From a virus, in the IMG/VR virus record IMGVR_UViG_3300008954_000002, positions 97,099 through 161,098 of that record: a DNA stretch of 64,000 nucleotides. One strand, 5' to 3'. The position numbers and the translations under genes were made by a program. Under the pieces are notes generated by a model. It was not told the DNA's origin. It did not search any database and worked only from the letters and a program-made list of their open reading frames with translations. Shown here piece after piece: positions 57,501 to 64,000 of the stretch; positions within the stretch are counted from its first letter, which is position 1, and each line of letters opens with the position of its first letter.

Positions 57501-58382
57501 TTACCTATAGTTAGAGAAGTAATTGCGGGAGGAGTGCAAATATGTCGCCTCCATTCCCAAAGATTGACGCGCGTTCATATGTGAGTTTCTCATAGCCTCC
57601 ACAGACCTAGCTCTCATAGTCATTGCGTTGCGTGTCATAAAGGCAGAAGTATCTCCAGCAGTGTCAATTGAATGGCGAGCTGCCCCTCGTCTATAGCCAG
57701 TCTTCACCAAGCTAAACGCCCCCTTCCCTACAAGTACCGCCCCACCTATTACTGCACCTGCTGCTAGCGCTCTTGGACCGGCTGCCAGCCACGAACCCGA
57801 ACCTATAGTAGCTGCACCCATAGCACCACCTACATAGCCGCCCATAAGTGAGCCAGGGGTTCCCAGCACAGATTGTCCAAGATTAGCTCCTATGCCAGCA
57901 CCAAGCATTACCCCTATGCTGCCGGGCATACCACGACTACGATATCTGAACTGGCCTACCTTGCCCCCATGCTTTCCCCCACCTGCTTGGCGCACATGGC
58001 TCCACCGCTGCATCCCGCTCATTACTCCTATGTCGTAAGCAAGAGCATCTTTTGCTCCAACAACACCGCCCTCACCACCGTCTGCACCTGTCCACCCTCG
58101 GTACATAAAATACCCACTAAGAGCTGGTCCAAAGAGACTGCCAAGAGTCTTTCCAATCCCAGGGTCCCCCACCTTGCCCCTGCCTCTTGGAAAACTAGGA
58201 GGTCCACCCAGTCCAGTTCCACGAGATATGTCCCACTTGGTATTGCCCCACTTGGTGTGGCGAGTATCACTCCAGTCGCTAAATCCTTCTCCATACTCGG
58301 GAGCAAGAGTATAGAATCCAGCAGTATTTAGAAATCCACCATGGACATAGTTCTGAAGATTTAATAGTGCGCTTTTAACCAT
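57501..58382 (-). CDS. Gly-rich (glycine-zipper-like) basic protein (293 aa), possible internal virion/ejection protein
   Basis: Long GxxxG run GSIGVMLGAGIGANLGQSVLGTPGSLMGGYVGGAMGA. Sits between the nuclease fusion and terL. Confidence 0.5.
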   Translation of the reverse strand: MVKSALLNLQNYVHGGFLNTAGFYTLAPEYGEGFSDWSDTRHTKWGNTKWDISRGTGLGGPPSFPRGRGKVGDPGIGKTLGSLFGPALSGYFMYRGWTGADGGEGGVVGAKDALAYDIGVMSGMQRWSHVRQAGGGKHGGKVGQFRYRSRGMPGSIGVMLGAGIGANLGQSVLGTPGSLMGGYVGGAMGAATIGSGSWLAAGPRALAAGAVIGGAVLVGKGAFSLVKTGYRRGAARHSIDTAGDTSAFMTRNAMTMRARSVEAMRNSHMNARQSLGMEATYLHSSRNYFSNYR

Positions 58383-58384
58383 GC

Positions 58385-61300
58385 CTACATCCTGTGGTGA
58401 CCAATCGGGCTGTTAAACATCTGATGGTTCTGGTGCCTTTGACCAGCAGCCATCTTGCTTCTAAGATTTCTTCTACGTACCCCATACATTTCATATGCTT
58501 CTAACTTGCGCTTACCCCACATACTGTTGGTAGTGCTAAGCTGATCCAATGACATAGATTTATCATAGTTGCCATACCCAGTGCCACTACTTAGCTTTCT
58601 GTCATAAGTGCTACCATGAGTCGATGTAAGTGAACCAGTGTCTTGAAGTAACTGTTCCATGTAGGTTGTGTGTGGGGCTTTTGGCGCATAGTGCATAGGC
58701 ATTGAACTTCTAGCATCGTCACTAAAGCCAAGCTTGCCTATTCTTGCTCCAATCTCTGCAGCAGCTATGCTATCTGCAGTGCTATAGAAACCCTGTGCTT
58801 GTGCGTTCATCATCAGTGCGCCACCTGACATGGTGGCGCTATTCTTTACTAGTTTATTTGTATTGGCAAAGGTTGCCCACGTAATTCTGCTACCAGCTGC
58901 ATCGGTAACATCATAAGCAGCTTGGAAGAAAGGCTCAGACCACATACCTGCTTGAGCACCATGGGCAGTCTTCTCAATTCTACCAAGAGAATGGTAATCA
59001 ATCATTGGCTCAGTACCCTTCTTATAGAAAGGAAGTGCCCCAGCCATACCACGCCTAACTAACTCAAAGTTAAGGTTCTGCCCATCACCAATGACGGCAC
59101 CTACCATACGGCCATAGGTTACATTCGTAGGATCAAAGACAAGATCAAGCTTACCTGTCTTGCCTATCATGGCTTCTAAAGCTACTCTTGCAGCCTCGCC
59201 CTTAGGCTGGCTTTGCATAGAGGAGCCCTTAAGATTAAATATACCATTGCCGTGTACTATTTCAGGAGCATCAATACCTGCAAGGCGGAAGCTGAATCCC
59301 CTGTTGGCCCCAAAGAAACTTGCTATTGCACCACGTATACCACCCCGCTGAACAACAATAGTGTCAGCATCTTCTACTTTTACCTTCCAGTTTCCTTCAG
59401 ACAAACTTACTTTCTGGAGACCAGCTCCCTGTAACCCTGCATAGTTGGATGGATCTGCTCTTTGAACATCTTGTGTCAAGAAGGAATGTCCCGACGTATT
59501 GACCCCAAGCGAAGGCCATATCTGTTGCACCTTACCAAAGAGACCATTCACAGGATCGTAATGCTTAGCACCAAAAGAAGAACGCAAGTATTTCTCCCTT
59601 GCATCTAGAAGCTCTTGTTGCTCAAACACATGACTAGAATATACAGGCCCTCTATAAGGAGATCCAAAATCAGTAAATGCTCTCTTGCCCATAGCTGCGA
59701 TACCAGTAGGAGACATCCCTGCTCGCTTTGTCTTCCTAGGATCTCTAGTTCCGTAAAACTCTCCTTGTCCCTCAAGCCATACTTGGTAGTTCATGGTGCG
59801 GAGAGATTCAGGACCTCCTCGCTGATGTCTTGGACCATTCTTAATAACATCCATAACGCCAAGCGCACCCATTCCTGCAGCAAAGGCTGCTAGTGTTCTT
59901 CCCCCACTAGGAATCTTAGCCAATCGCTCAGTCATACTGCTTGTTCTACCTAGCCCTACCCTCTTTAGAGCAGAGGGGAGCTTGGGCAGCTCATGCATAC
60001 CATGCTGTCCTAAAAACTTAGTTATAGCTTTATCGTCTTGTGTGAGTATCTGCTTAATATAGTTATGCTCTAGATCTCTTCCGTGCCGGCTTAGATATTG
60101 GGCACTTAGGTTCTGCAGCGCATCGGCGCTTGCGACCTCCACACCATGCGCCCCCTCTCTAAGTCCTCCGCCTTTAGAAAGAGCATCAATCATAGACCTT
60201 GATACATCATCTATGTCTGTGTGCGTATATCTGCCAGAAGCTTTTATATCTTCTACTATATCTGCAATATCATAGATGGGTCTGGTTTGTGCTGCTTGCC
60301 TTGTTACATGCTCTGTCTCGCCTGCTCTAGACACAAGCTCTAGTGGAACAGCTTTGCGCACACCAGTTGTGCGGTGTGCTACCCCTTCTGTTGCAAGATC
60401 CTGAAAGGCTCTATCAAGTTGCTGGATAACCTGAGCCTTCTCTCCCTGCTTGTATAAGATATCTTGTAGAGCTTGGTACCTTACTTCCTTGGCTAGTGGC
60501 CCCGTGCCACCCTTCTCATACATGCGAATGAGTGCTCTACCATGCTCAGTACCTTCTGCTATATGCTGCAGATCTGCAGTTCTGGCAACAGCATTTCTTA
60601 AGATAGAGGCCTCTGTAATGGCATCTTCTAAAGACCTGTGCCATTCTCTTGCTCCAAAAGCCTTTGCTGCTGCACGGCCCTCTAGTTCTGTAGCCCCAAA
60701 AAGCCTAGCAGCAATATCCATTGAGGACCCATATCTGCCAGCAGGCATAGTAGACAAGCCTAGCTCTACTGCATATGACTGTCGTGCCTTTAATACATCG
60801 ATTATATCTCGTACATCGCCTGCACCCGTATGCTTTAGATATGCTTTCCAGACAGGCTTCCAATCCCCAGTAACACTTGCTTCTGCTCTAGCTGCTATTG
60901 CTTCAGGCCCAGTGACGTAAGTAGGAGCAGACGATAAGGGATTTCTCCACGGCAAAGCGGCTAGCATAGGGTGGGTTTGCCTTACCTTACGTATGGCTTG
61001 TTTCTCATTCATTCCCTCGGCAACAAGCTTGTCTATTAGGGGCTGCTGTTCAGCAGAGATGTGAGCCCCAATCTGAGCCGCTTCAAAATTGGCATTAGCT
61101 ATCCATGTAACATTCTGGCTCATCTTTTTAACTAGTTCAGAATCGGCAGAGAGTACACGCTCTAAAGTAGTGAGTTCAGTCTTGTAGCTTGCTAGTTTAG
61201 AACCAAAGGCCTGTAAGTCTAAGATACGCTGTTCTCTACTTACTCCCGGCGTCCCTCGGTTAAGCATATCTCCAAGAGGACCTTCTGGAGTAGTAAGCTG

Positions 61301-61723
61301 GTCATAGATCCACTTATCTTTCTGCTTGATACTCTCTAACGCCCCGGCAAGCCTACCCTCAGGCACATCCTTGAAAGCTCTCCTTAGCTGTTCAGCTGCT
61401 TCCTTGCCTCTACCGCCTGTAGTAGAGCCCTTAAGCATAAGTGCTTTAGCTACAACAACATCATCCCATGTAGCTGCCTTTCCTAGGAACTTAAGCCCAG
61501 GGTGGAATACGTGCTTGTCTGTAGCAGTGCTAGAAAGCTGTGTAAGATCTTGAGCCCTGTTACTCTTGCCCAAGATCATATTGGGAGCTATCTTCCACTC
61601 AGTAGCTTCCTGTGTAGCTAAGCTATACAGGGCCATCTCTACGGTACCAGAACCCTCTCTAAGCCCTAGGGTCTCAATATCAAGAATTAATGCATTCTGT
61701 AGTAACGAATGGTGTGAAGGCAT
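58385..61723 (-). CDS. Multidomain protein (1112 aa): N-terminal DEDDh (DnaQ-like) exonuclease plus C-terminal staphylococcal nuclease (SNase) domain
   Basis: ExoI LILDIETLG (D15/E17), ExoII-like ANANFE (E214), VRDIIDV, and ExoIII HRSLEDA (H362/D367). SNase motifs VEDADTI, FRLAGIDAPE, YGRMVG, NFELVRRGMA and AGMW at about nt 58930-59390. Confidence 0.75.
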   Translation of the reverse strand: MPSHHSLLQNALILDIETLGLREGSGTVEMALYSLATQEATEWKIAPNMILGKSNRAQDLTQLSSTATDKHVFHPGLKFLGKAATWDDVVVAKALMLKGSTTGGRGKEAAEQLRRAFKDVPEGRLAGALESIKQKDKWIYDQLTTPEGPLGDMLNRGTPGVSREQRILDLQAFGSKLASYKTELTTLERVLSADSELVKKMSQNVTWIANANFEAAQIGAHISAEQQPLIDKLVAEGMNEKQAIRKVRQTHPMLAALPWRNPLSSAPTYVTGPEAIAARAEASVTGDWKPVWKAYLKHTGAGDVRDIIDVLKARQSYAVELGLSTMPAGRYGSSMDIAARLFGATELEGRAAAKAFGAREWHRSLEDAITEASILRNAVARTADLQHIAEGTEHGRALIRMYEKGGTGPLAKEVRYQALQDILYKQGEKAQVIQQLDRAFQDLATEGVAHRTTGVRKAVPLELVSRAGETEHVTRQAAQTRPIYDIADIVEDIKASGRYTHTDIDDVSRSMIDALSKGGGLREGAHGVEVASADALQNLSAQYLSRHGRDLEHNYIKQILTQDDKAITKFLGQHGMHELPKLPSALKRVGLGRTSSMTERLAKIPSGGRTLAAFAAGMGALGVMDVIKNGPRHQRGGPESLRTMNYQVWLEGQGEFYGTRDPRKTKRAGMSPTGIAAMGKRAFTDFGSPYRGPVYSSHVFEQQELLDAREKYLRSSFGAKHYDPVNGLFGKVQQIWPSLGVNTSGHSFLTQDVQRADPSNYAGLQGAGLQKVSLSEGNWKVKVEDADTIVVQRGGIRGAIASFFGANRGFSFRLAGIDAPEIVHGNGIFNLKGSSMQSQPKGEAARVALEAMIGKTGKLDLVFDPTNVTYGRMVGAVIGDGQNLNFELVRRGMAGALPFYKKGTEPMIDYHSLGRIEKTAHGAQAGMWSEPFFQAAYDVTDAAGSRITWATFANTNKLVKNSATMSGGALMMNAQAQGFYSTADSIAAAEIGARIGKLGFSDDARSSMPMHYAPKAPHTTYMEQLLQDTGSLTSTHGSTYDRKLSSGTGYGNYDKSMSLDQLSTTNSMWGKRKLEAYEMYGVRRRNLRSKMAAGQRHQNHQMFNSPIGHHRM

Positions 61724-61728
61724 CTGCT

Positions 61729-62514
61729 CTAGTCGTCTAATAAGATTTCGTCGTCTTCTGCTATTAGCTCTACTTCTTCAACTTCTAACTGGCCCAATGC
61801 CTCCCGCAATTTAGTTATTTCAGCCAACACCCTACTCTCGTTACCAACTCCACCAACTTTAGCAGCCCAATCTGCTTTAGCTTTCCGCGTTTCCATAAGG
61901 TTGGTAAGCCATTTATCTCTCCTACGCTCAAGCTTTTCTAGAACTTCTAAAGCCGGGTGCAACTTAGCAACTTCTGCAGCCTGACCATTCTCATTAAACC
62001 CTATTATGTCTACCCGCATAAAGTCCCGGCCCTGCCCCCCTCTGTCTCCTACGCCTAAGATCATTAATGCTCTATTCTTATACAGGTCTAACAACGCCAA
62101 CTCATTAACAATAGACATCTCAATAGGGTTCTTAGGGTCTACATTGAGATGTTCCATATACTCAATAATCTTCTGTCTCATGTAGAACTTCTCTAAGATA
62201 CACTCTCTACCAATCGGATAGTCGGTGTCATTACCATATACTAAAGCCCCTGTTGTCTCATCTCTTTCAGGTATAGGGCACCTTTCTACAAACACACACT
62301 TTACAGGTCCAAGACACATGGTTGGAGCTACAGCGTGTAAGCCGTGACTCATACTGTGTACAGAGTTTCTTATTCTTAGTTGTTTATTGGGGGAAAGCCG
62401 GTCTAGATAGTTGACATAGTCTTCTTCTACTTCCGCTATTTCAGCTATTGCTTCTTCCTTAGTAGGTACTAAATCTAGCCCGACCTGCTTTGTATCTTTT
62501 TTAGACATAGCCAA
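61729..62514 (-). CDS. Putative terminase small subunit (about 260 aa; ATG at 62508 is an alternative start) with a Cys cluster
   Basis: Near the start of the packaging cluster. Helical, with HPALEVLEKLERRRDKWLTNLMETRKAK resembling P27-type TerS and a Cys motif MCLGPVKCVFVERC...REC. Confidence 0.5.
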   Translation of the reverse strand: MAMSKKDTKQVGLDLVPTKEEAIAEIAEVEEDYVNYLDRLSPNKQLRIRNSVHSMSHGLHAVAPTMCLGPVKCVFVERCPIPERDETTGALVYGNDTDYPIGRECILEKFYMRQKIIEYMEHLNVDPKNPIEMSIVNELALLDLYKNRALMILGVGDRGGQGRDFMRVDIIGFNENGQAAEVAKLHPALEVLEKLERRRDKWLTNLMETRKAKADWAAKVGGVGNESRVLAEITKLREALGQLEVEEVELIAEDDEILLDD

Positions 62515-62547
62515 TAGAAGTAAAAGTAAGGGGTAATGGGCCGCTGT

Positions 62548-62811
62548 TTAGGGAGTTAACTCAGTCTCTTTAGGGAGGGAGTTAAGCGCAGTGTCAATAG
62601 TATCTTTAAGTGATTCTAGATAGTTGCGAAGAGTTGCTTCTTCGCTCTCTCCGAATTGTTTAGTGACTATAGCATATCTACAGGAAGTGCCTAGTTCAGA
62701 TCTATCAACAAGATACTTGTAGCGGTAGTAGTGGAACTGTAGTAGTGATTCTACTTCTTGGTGAAGTGAATGTAGAGACGAGGAATAAGTATAGAGTAGA
62801 TCTTCTGTCAT
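62548..62811 (-). CDS. Hypothetical protein (87 aa), first gene of the minus-strand cluster
   Basis: ATG-initiated ORF on the operon strand with a weak SD. Confidence 0.45.
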   Translation of the reverse strand: MTEDLLYTYSSSLHSLHQEVESLLQFHYYRYKYLVDRSELGTSCRYAIVTKQFGESEEATLRNYLESLKDTIDTALNSLPKETELTP

Positions 62812-62884
62812 TCTAAGCCTTTAGAAAAGAAAGCAGTAGGTGGCCGGCTATATAGAGACTAAAATTAGTTGGAAAATATTTCTC

Positions 62885-62914
62885 ATAATACAAATTATAC
62901 ACTCTTGGTTTCAA
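62885..62914 (-). promoter_or_regulatory. Possible sigma70-like promoter upstream of the structural cluster
   Basis: The minus strand reads TTGAAA-N18-TATTAT, with a TATAAT inside the spacer, about 75 nt upstream of the 62811 ATG. Confidence 0.3.
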
Positions 62915-63028
62915 GGCCGGATCATAAATAGGAATAGCCGCGTCATATTCAGCTTCTAAGCAGGGGGTAGAGTTCTCTTAGGGAATAGGGCTGGGGAAAC
63001 TTGGGCGCGAGCTTGAGAGATGAATAAG

Positions 63029-63147
63029 AGACAAAATATATAGGAAGGTTGGGGGCGACACATCACACCCCTATAGGGAACAGTAGTACATATAGGAGAT
63101 GTGGGCCAGCATACGTATTTAGACAAGATATATAGGAGATTGTGGGG
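63029..63147 (+). repeat. Short direct repeats in the divergent non-coding region
   Basis: AGACAA(A/G)ATATATAGGA at 63029-63045 and 63121-63137. The ATATAGGA core plus a G-rich tail also occurs at 63090-63105. Palindrome CCCTATAGGG at 63069-63078. Confidence 0.7.
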
Positions 63148-63207
63148 TGGTTATAGTTAATAGTAGATCGGAACCTATTGTTCGGAGCCTACCGGGGTAA
63201 AGTATGC

Positions 63208-63245
63208 TTTTTTATTTTAATGGTGTTCAATGGAGGACACCATTA
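63208..63245 (+). promoter_or_regulatory. Cassette leader 1: T-rich motif plus hairpin
   Basis: TTTTTTATTTTAATGG, then the stem TAATGGTGTTC (63218-63228) / GGACACCATTA (63235-63245). Confidence 0.55.
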
Positions 63246-63262
63246 CCCGTCAAGGAGGCGGT

Positions 63263-63346
63263 ATGTACTATAGGTACTATGGAGCCATCCAACTCCTCAG
63301 GCTTAGTGCCTGGGGAGTTGTGGTGATCACCCTGCTTGTTGTGTGA
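63263..63346 (+). CDS. Small hydrophobic peptide, 27 aa (MYYRYYGAIQLLRLSAWGVVVITLLVV); not in the ORF track
   Basis: AAGGAGG SD at 63252-63258, ATG at 63263, TGA at 63344-63346, followed by a terminator. Confidence 0.6.
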   Translation: MYYRYYGAIQLLRLSAWGVVVITLLVV

Positions 63347-63362
63347 GCAACAAGCAGGGTTT

Positions 63363-63404
63363 GAGAGGAGGCTTAGTCGTAAGGCTAGGTCTCCTCTCTT
63401 TTTT
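63363..63404 (+). terminator. Intrinsic terminator, cassette 1
   Basis: GAGAGGAGGCTTAGTC-GTAA-GGCTAGGTCTCCTCTC-TTTTTT: a 16-bp stem with G-U pairs and a GNRA loop. Confidence 0.85.
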
Positions 63405-63466
63405 AATGGCTAGCATACGTGTGAGATGTATGCGACCAAGACTCTTATTCCTGTGGAGGTAATACT

Positions 63467-63637
63467 ATGGGACTATATGAGTACTTTCTCTCCAAGGTGG
63501 AGGAGATGAGGGCGTCGGCCCTCCCTCCCCTCGGGGAGAGCCCCTCCAGTGAGGAACTGGAGGAGCTCACCTTTGAGGCCCTAGAGGTCACAGAGGTGAG
63601 CGCGCGGACACTTGTCGAAGTGGAGGAGCTTCGGTAG
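63467..63637 (+). CDS. Small acidic protein, 56 aa (MGLYEYFLSKVEEMRASALPPLGESPSSEELEELTFEALEVTEVSARTLVEVEELR); not in the ORF track
   Basis: GGAGGT SD at 63455-63460, ATG at 63467, TAG at 63635-63637. Flanked by a leader hairpin and a terminator. Confidence 0.7.
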   Translation: MGLYEYFLSKVEEMRASALPPLGESPSSEELEELTFEALEVTEVSARTLVEVEELR

Positions 63638-63648
63638 GTGTCCGCATT

Positions 63649-63685
63649 GGGGAGGACAGGTCTTAGGGCTTGTCCTCCCCTTTTT
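63649..63685 (+). terminator. Intrinsic terminator, cassette 2
   Basis: GGGGAGGACAGGTC-TTAG-GGCTTGTCCTCCCC-TTTTT. Confidence 0.85.
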
Positions 63686-63744
63686 ATTTCAGTGGTTAGC
63701 ATGTACCTGATGTATATGCGACCATTAACAATAAGGAGAATACC

Positions 63745-63840
63745 ATGACTATGGCAATCTTCTGCCTGTTCACATACGTGAACCTGGCAGTTGGATTCTC
63801 TCTTGGCGCGGTGATCGTCAAGAGAGATCTCGTAGGATAA
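63745..63840 (+). CDS. Small hydrophobic peptide, 31 aa (MTMAIFCLFTYVNLAVGFSLGAVIVKRDLVG); not in the ORF track
   Basis: TAAGGAG SD at 63732-63738, ATG at 63745, TAA at 63838-63840, followed by a terminator. Confidence 0.65.
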   Translation: MTMAIFCLFTYVNLAVGFSLGAVIVKRDLVG

Positions 63841-63848
63841 GTAGATAG

Positions 63849-63885
63849 GGAGCCTCTTACACTTCGGTGTAGGGGGCTCCTTTTT
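63849..63885 (+). terminator. Intrinsic terminator, cassette 3
   Basis: GGAGCCTCTTACAC-TTCG-GTGTAGGGGGCTCC-TTTTT with a cUUCGg tetraloop. Confidence 0.85.
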
Positions 63886-64000
63886 ATTTTAATGGCTAGT
63901 AGTAGCCAGTGTGCACCCGTTACCTGGGACAAAGGCGTAAGCCGGTATAGGGACGGTGTTGTAGGGTTTAAAGACCCAGTCCTATGTAGACGATCTATAG

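Noticed and set aside
148-61814. Numerous 60-170 aa plus-strand ORFs and short alternate-frame minus-strand ORFs in the track
   Set aside because: They lie within or antisense to long, tightly coupled minus-strand genes, are Ser/Leu/Pro-rich and show no recognisable motifs. They are shadow ORFs.
1-62811. Stop-codon reassignment (code 15 or 4), as found in some large phages
   Set aside because: Standard-code ORFs tile the region almost completely, and TAG, TAA and TGA all occur as real stops abutting the next start.
63208-63910. CRISPR-like or integron attC-like array interpretation of the repeated hairpins
   Set aside because: The repeats are not identical, spacing is ~190-280 nt, the intervening DNA holds SD-led ORFs, there are no attC-type core boxes, and no cas or integrase gene is present in the window.
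63445-63932. Track ORFs 63445..63702 (-) and 63696..63932 (-)
   Set aside because: They are antisense to plus-strand ORFs that have strong SDs and correctly oriented terminators, and they run through the terminator hairpins.
62812-64000. tRNA genes or a known ribozyme in the non-coding end
   Set aside because: No cloverleaf with a T-loop consensus and no hammerhead core (CTGANGA...GAAA) was recognised.

Overview
This window is the virion morphogenesis region of a large contractile-tailed (myovirus, probably jumbo) phage. Positions 1-62811 form one tightly packed minus-strand gene cluster in the standard genetic code. Read from the right, it encodes a putative small terminase, a DEDDh exonuclease-SNase fusion, a Gly-rich protein, the large terminase, the portal, a prohead protease/scaffold, a decoration protein and the major capsid protein. 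These are followed by neck proteins, the tail sheath, three tube-fold paralogs, chaperones, a tape-measure-like protein, a 1755-aa protein, a 2962-aa M23 peptidase/baseplate hub, gp25-like and J-like baseplate proteins, and fibre or baseplate accessory proteins. The last gene runs off the left edge and is missing from the ORF track. The main finding is the 1755-aa protein in the tail module, which carries the two-barrel RNA polymerase catalytic motif in its expected context (KGIKLNLSFAAGMIGDFDGDNYQLFFP, with an upstream R-x-P-x-L). It is a candidate single-chain, virion-delivered RNA polymerase. At the right end (63208-64000) transcription switches to the plus strand. There an array of unannotated mini-cassettes repeats the pattern TTTT(A/C)A(A/G)TGG-like motif, hairpin, SD, 27-56-aa ORF, intrinsic terminator; these may be early transcription units for that polymerase. 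All assignments come from motifs read by eye and from gene order. No database searches were run.
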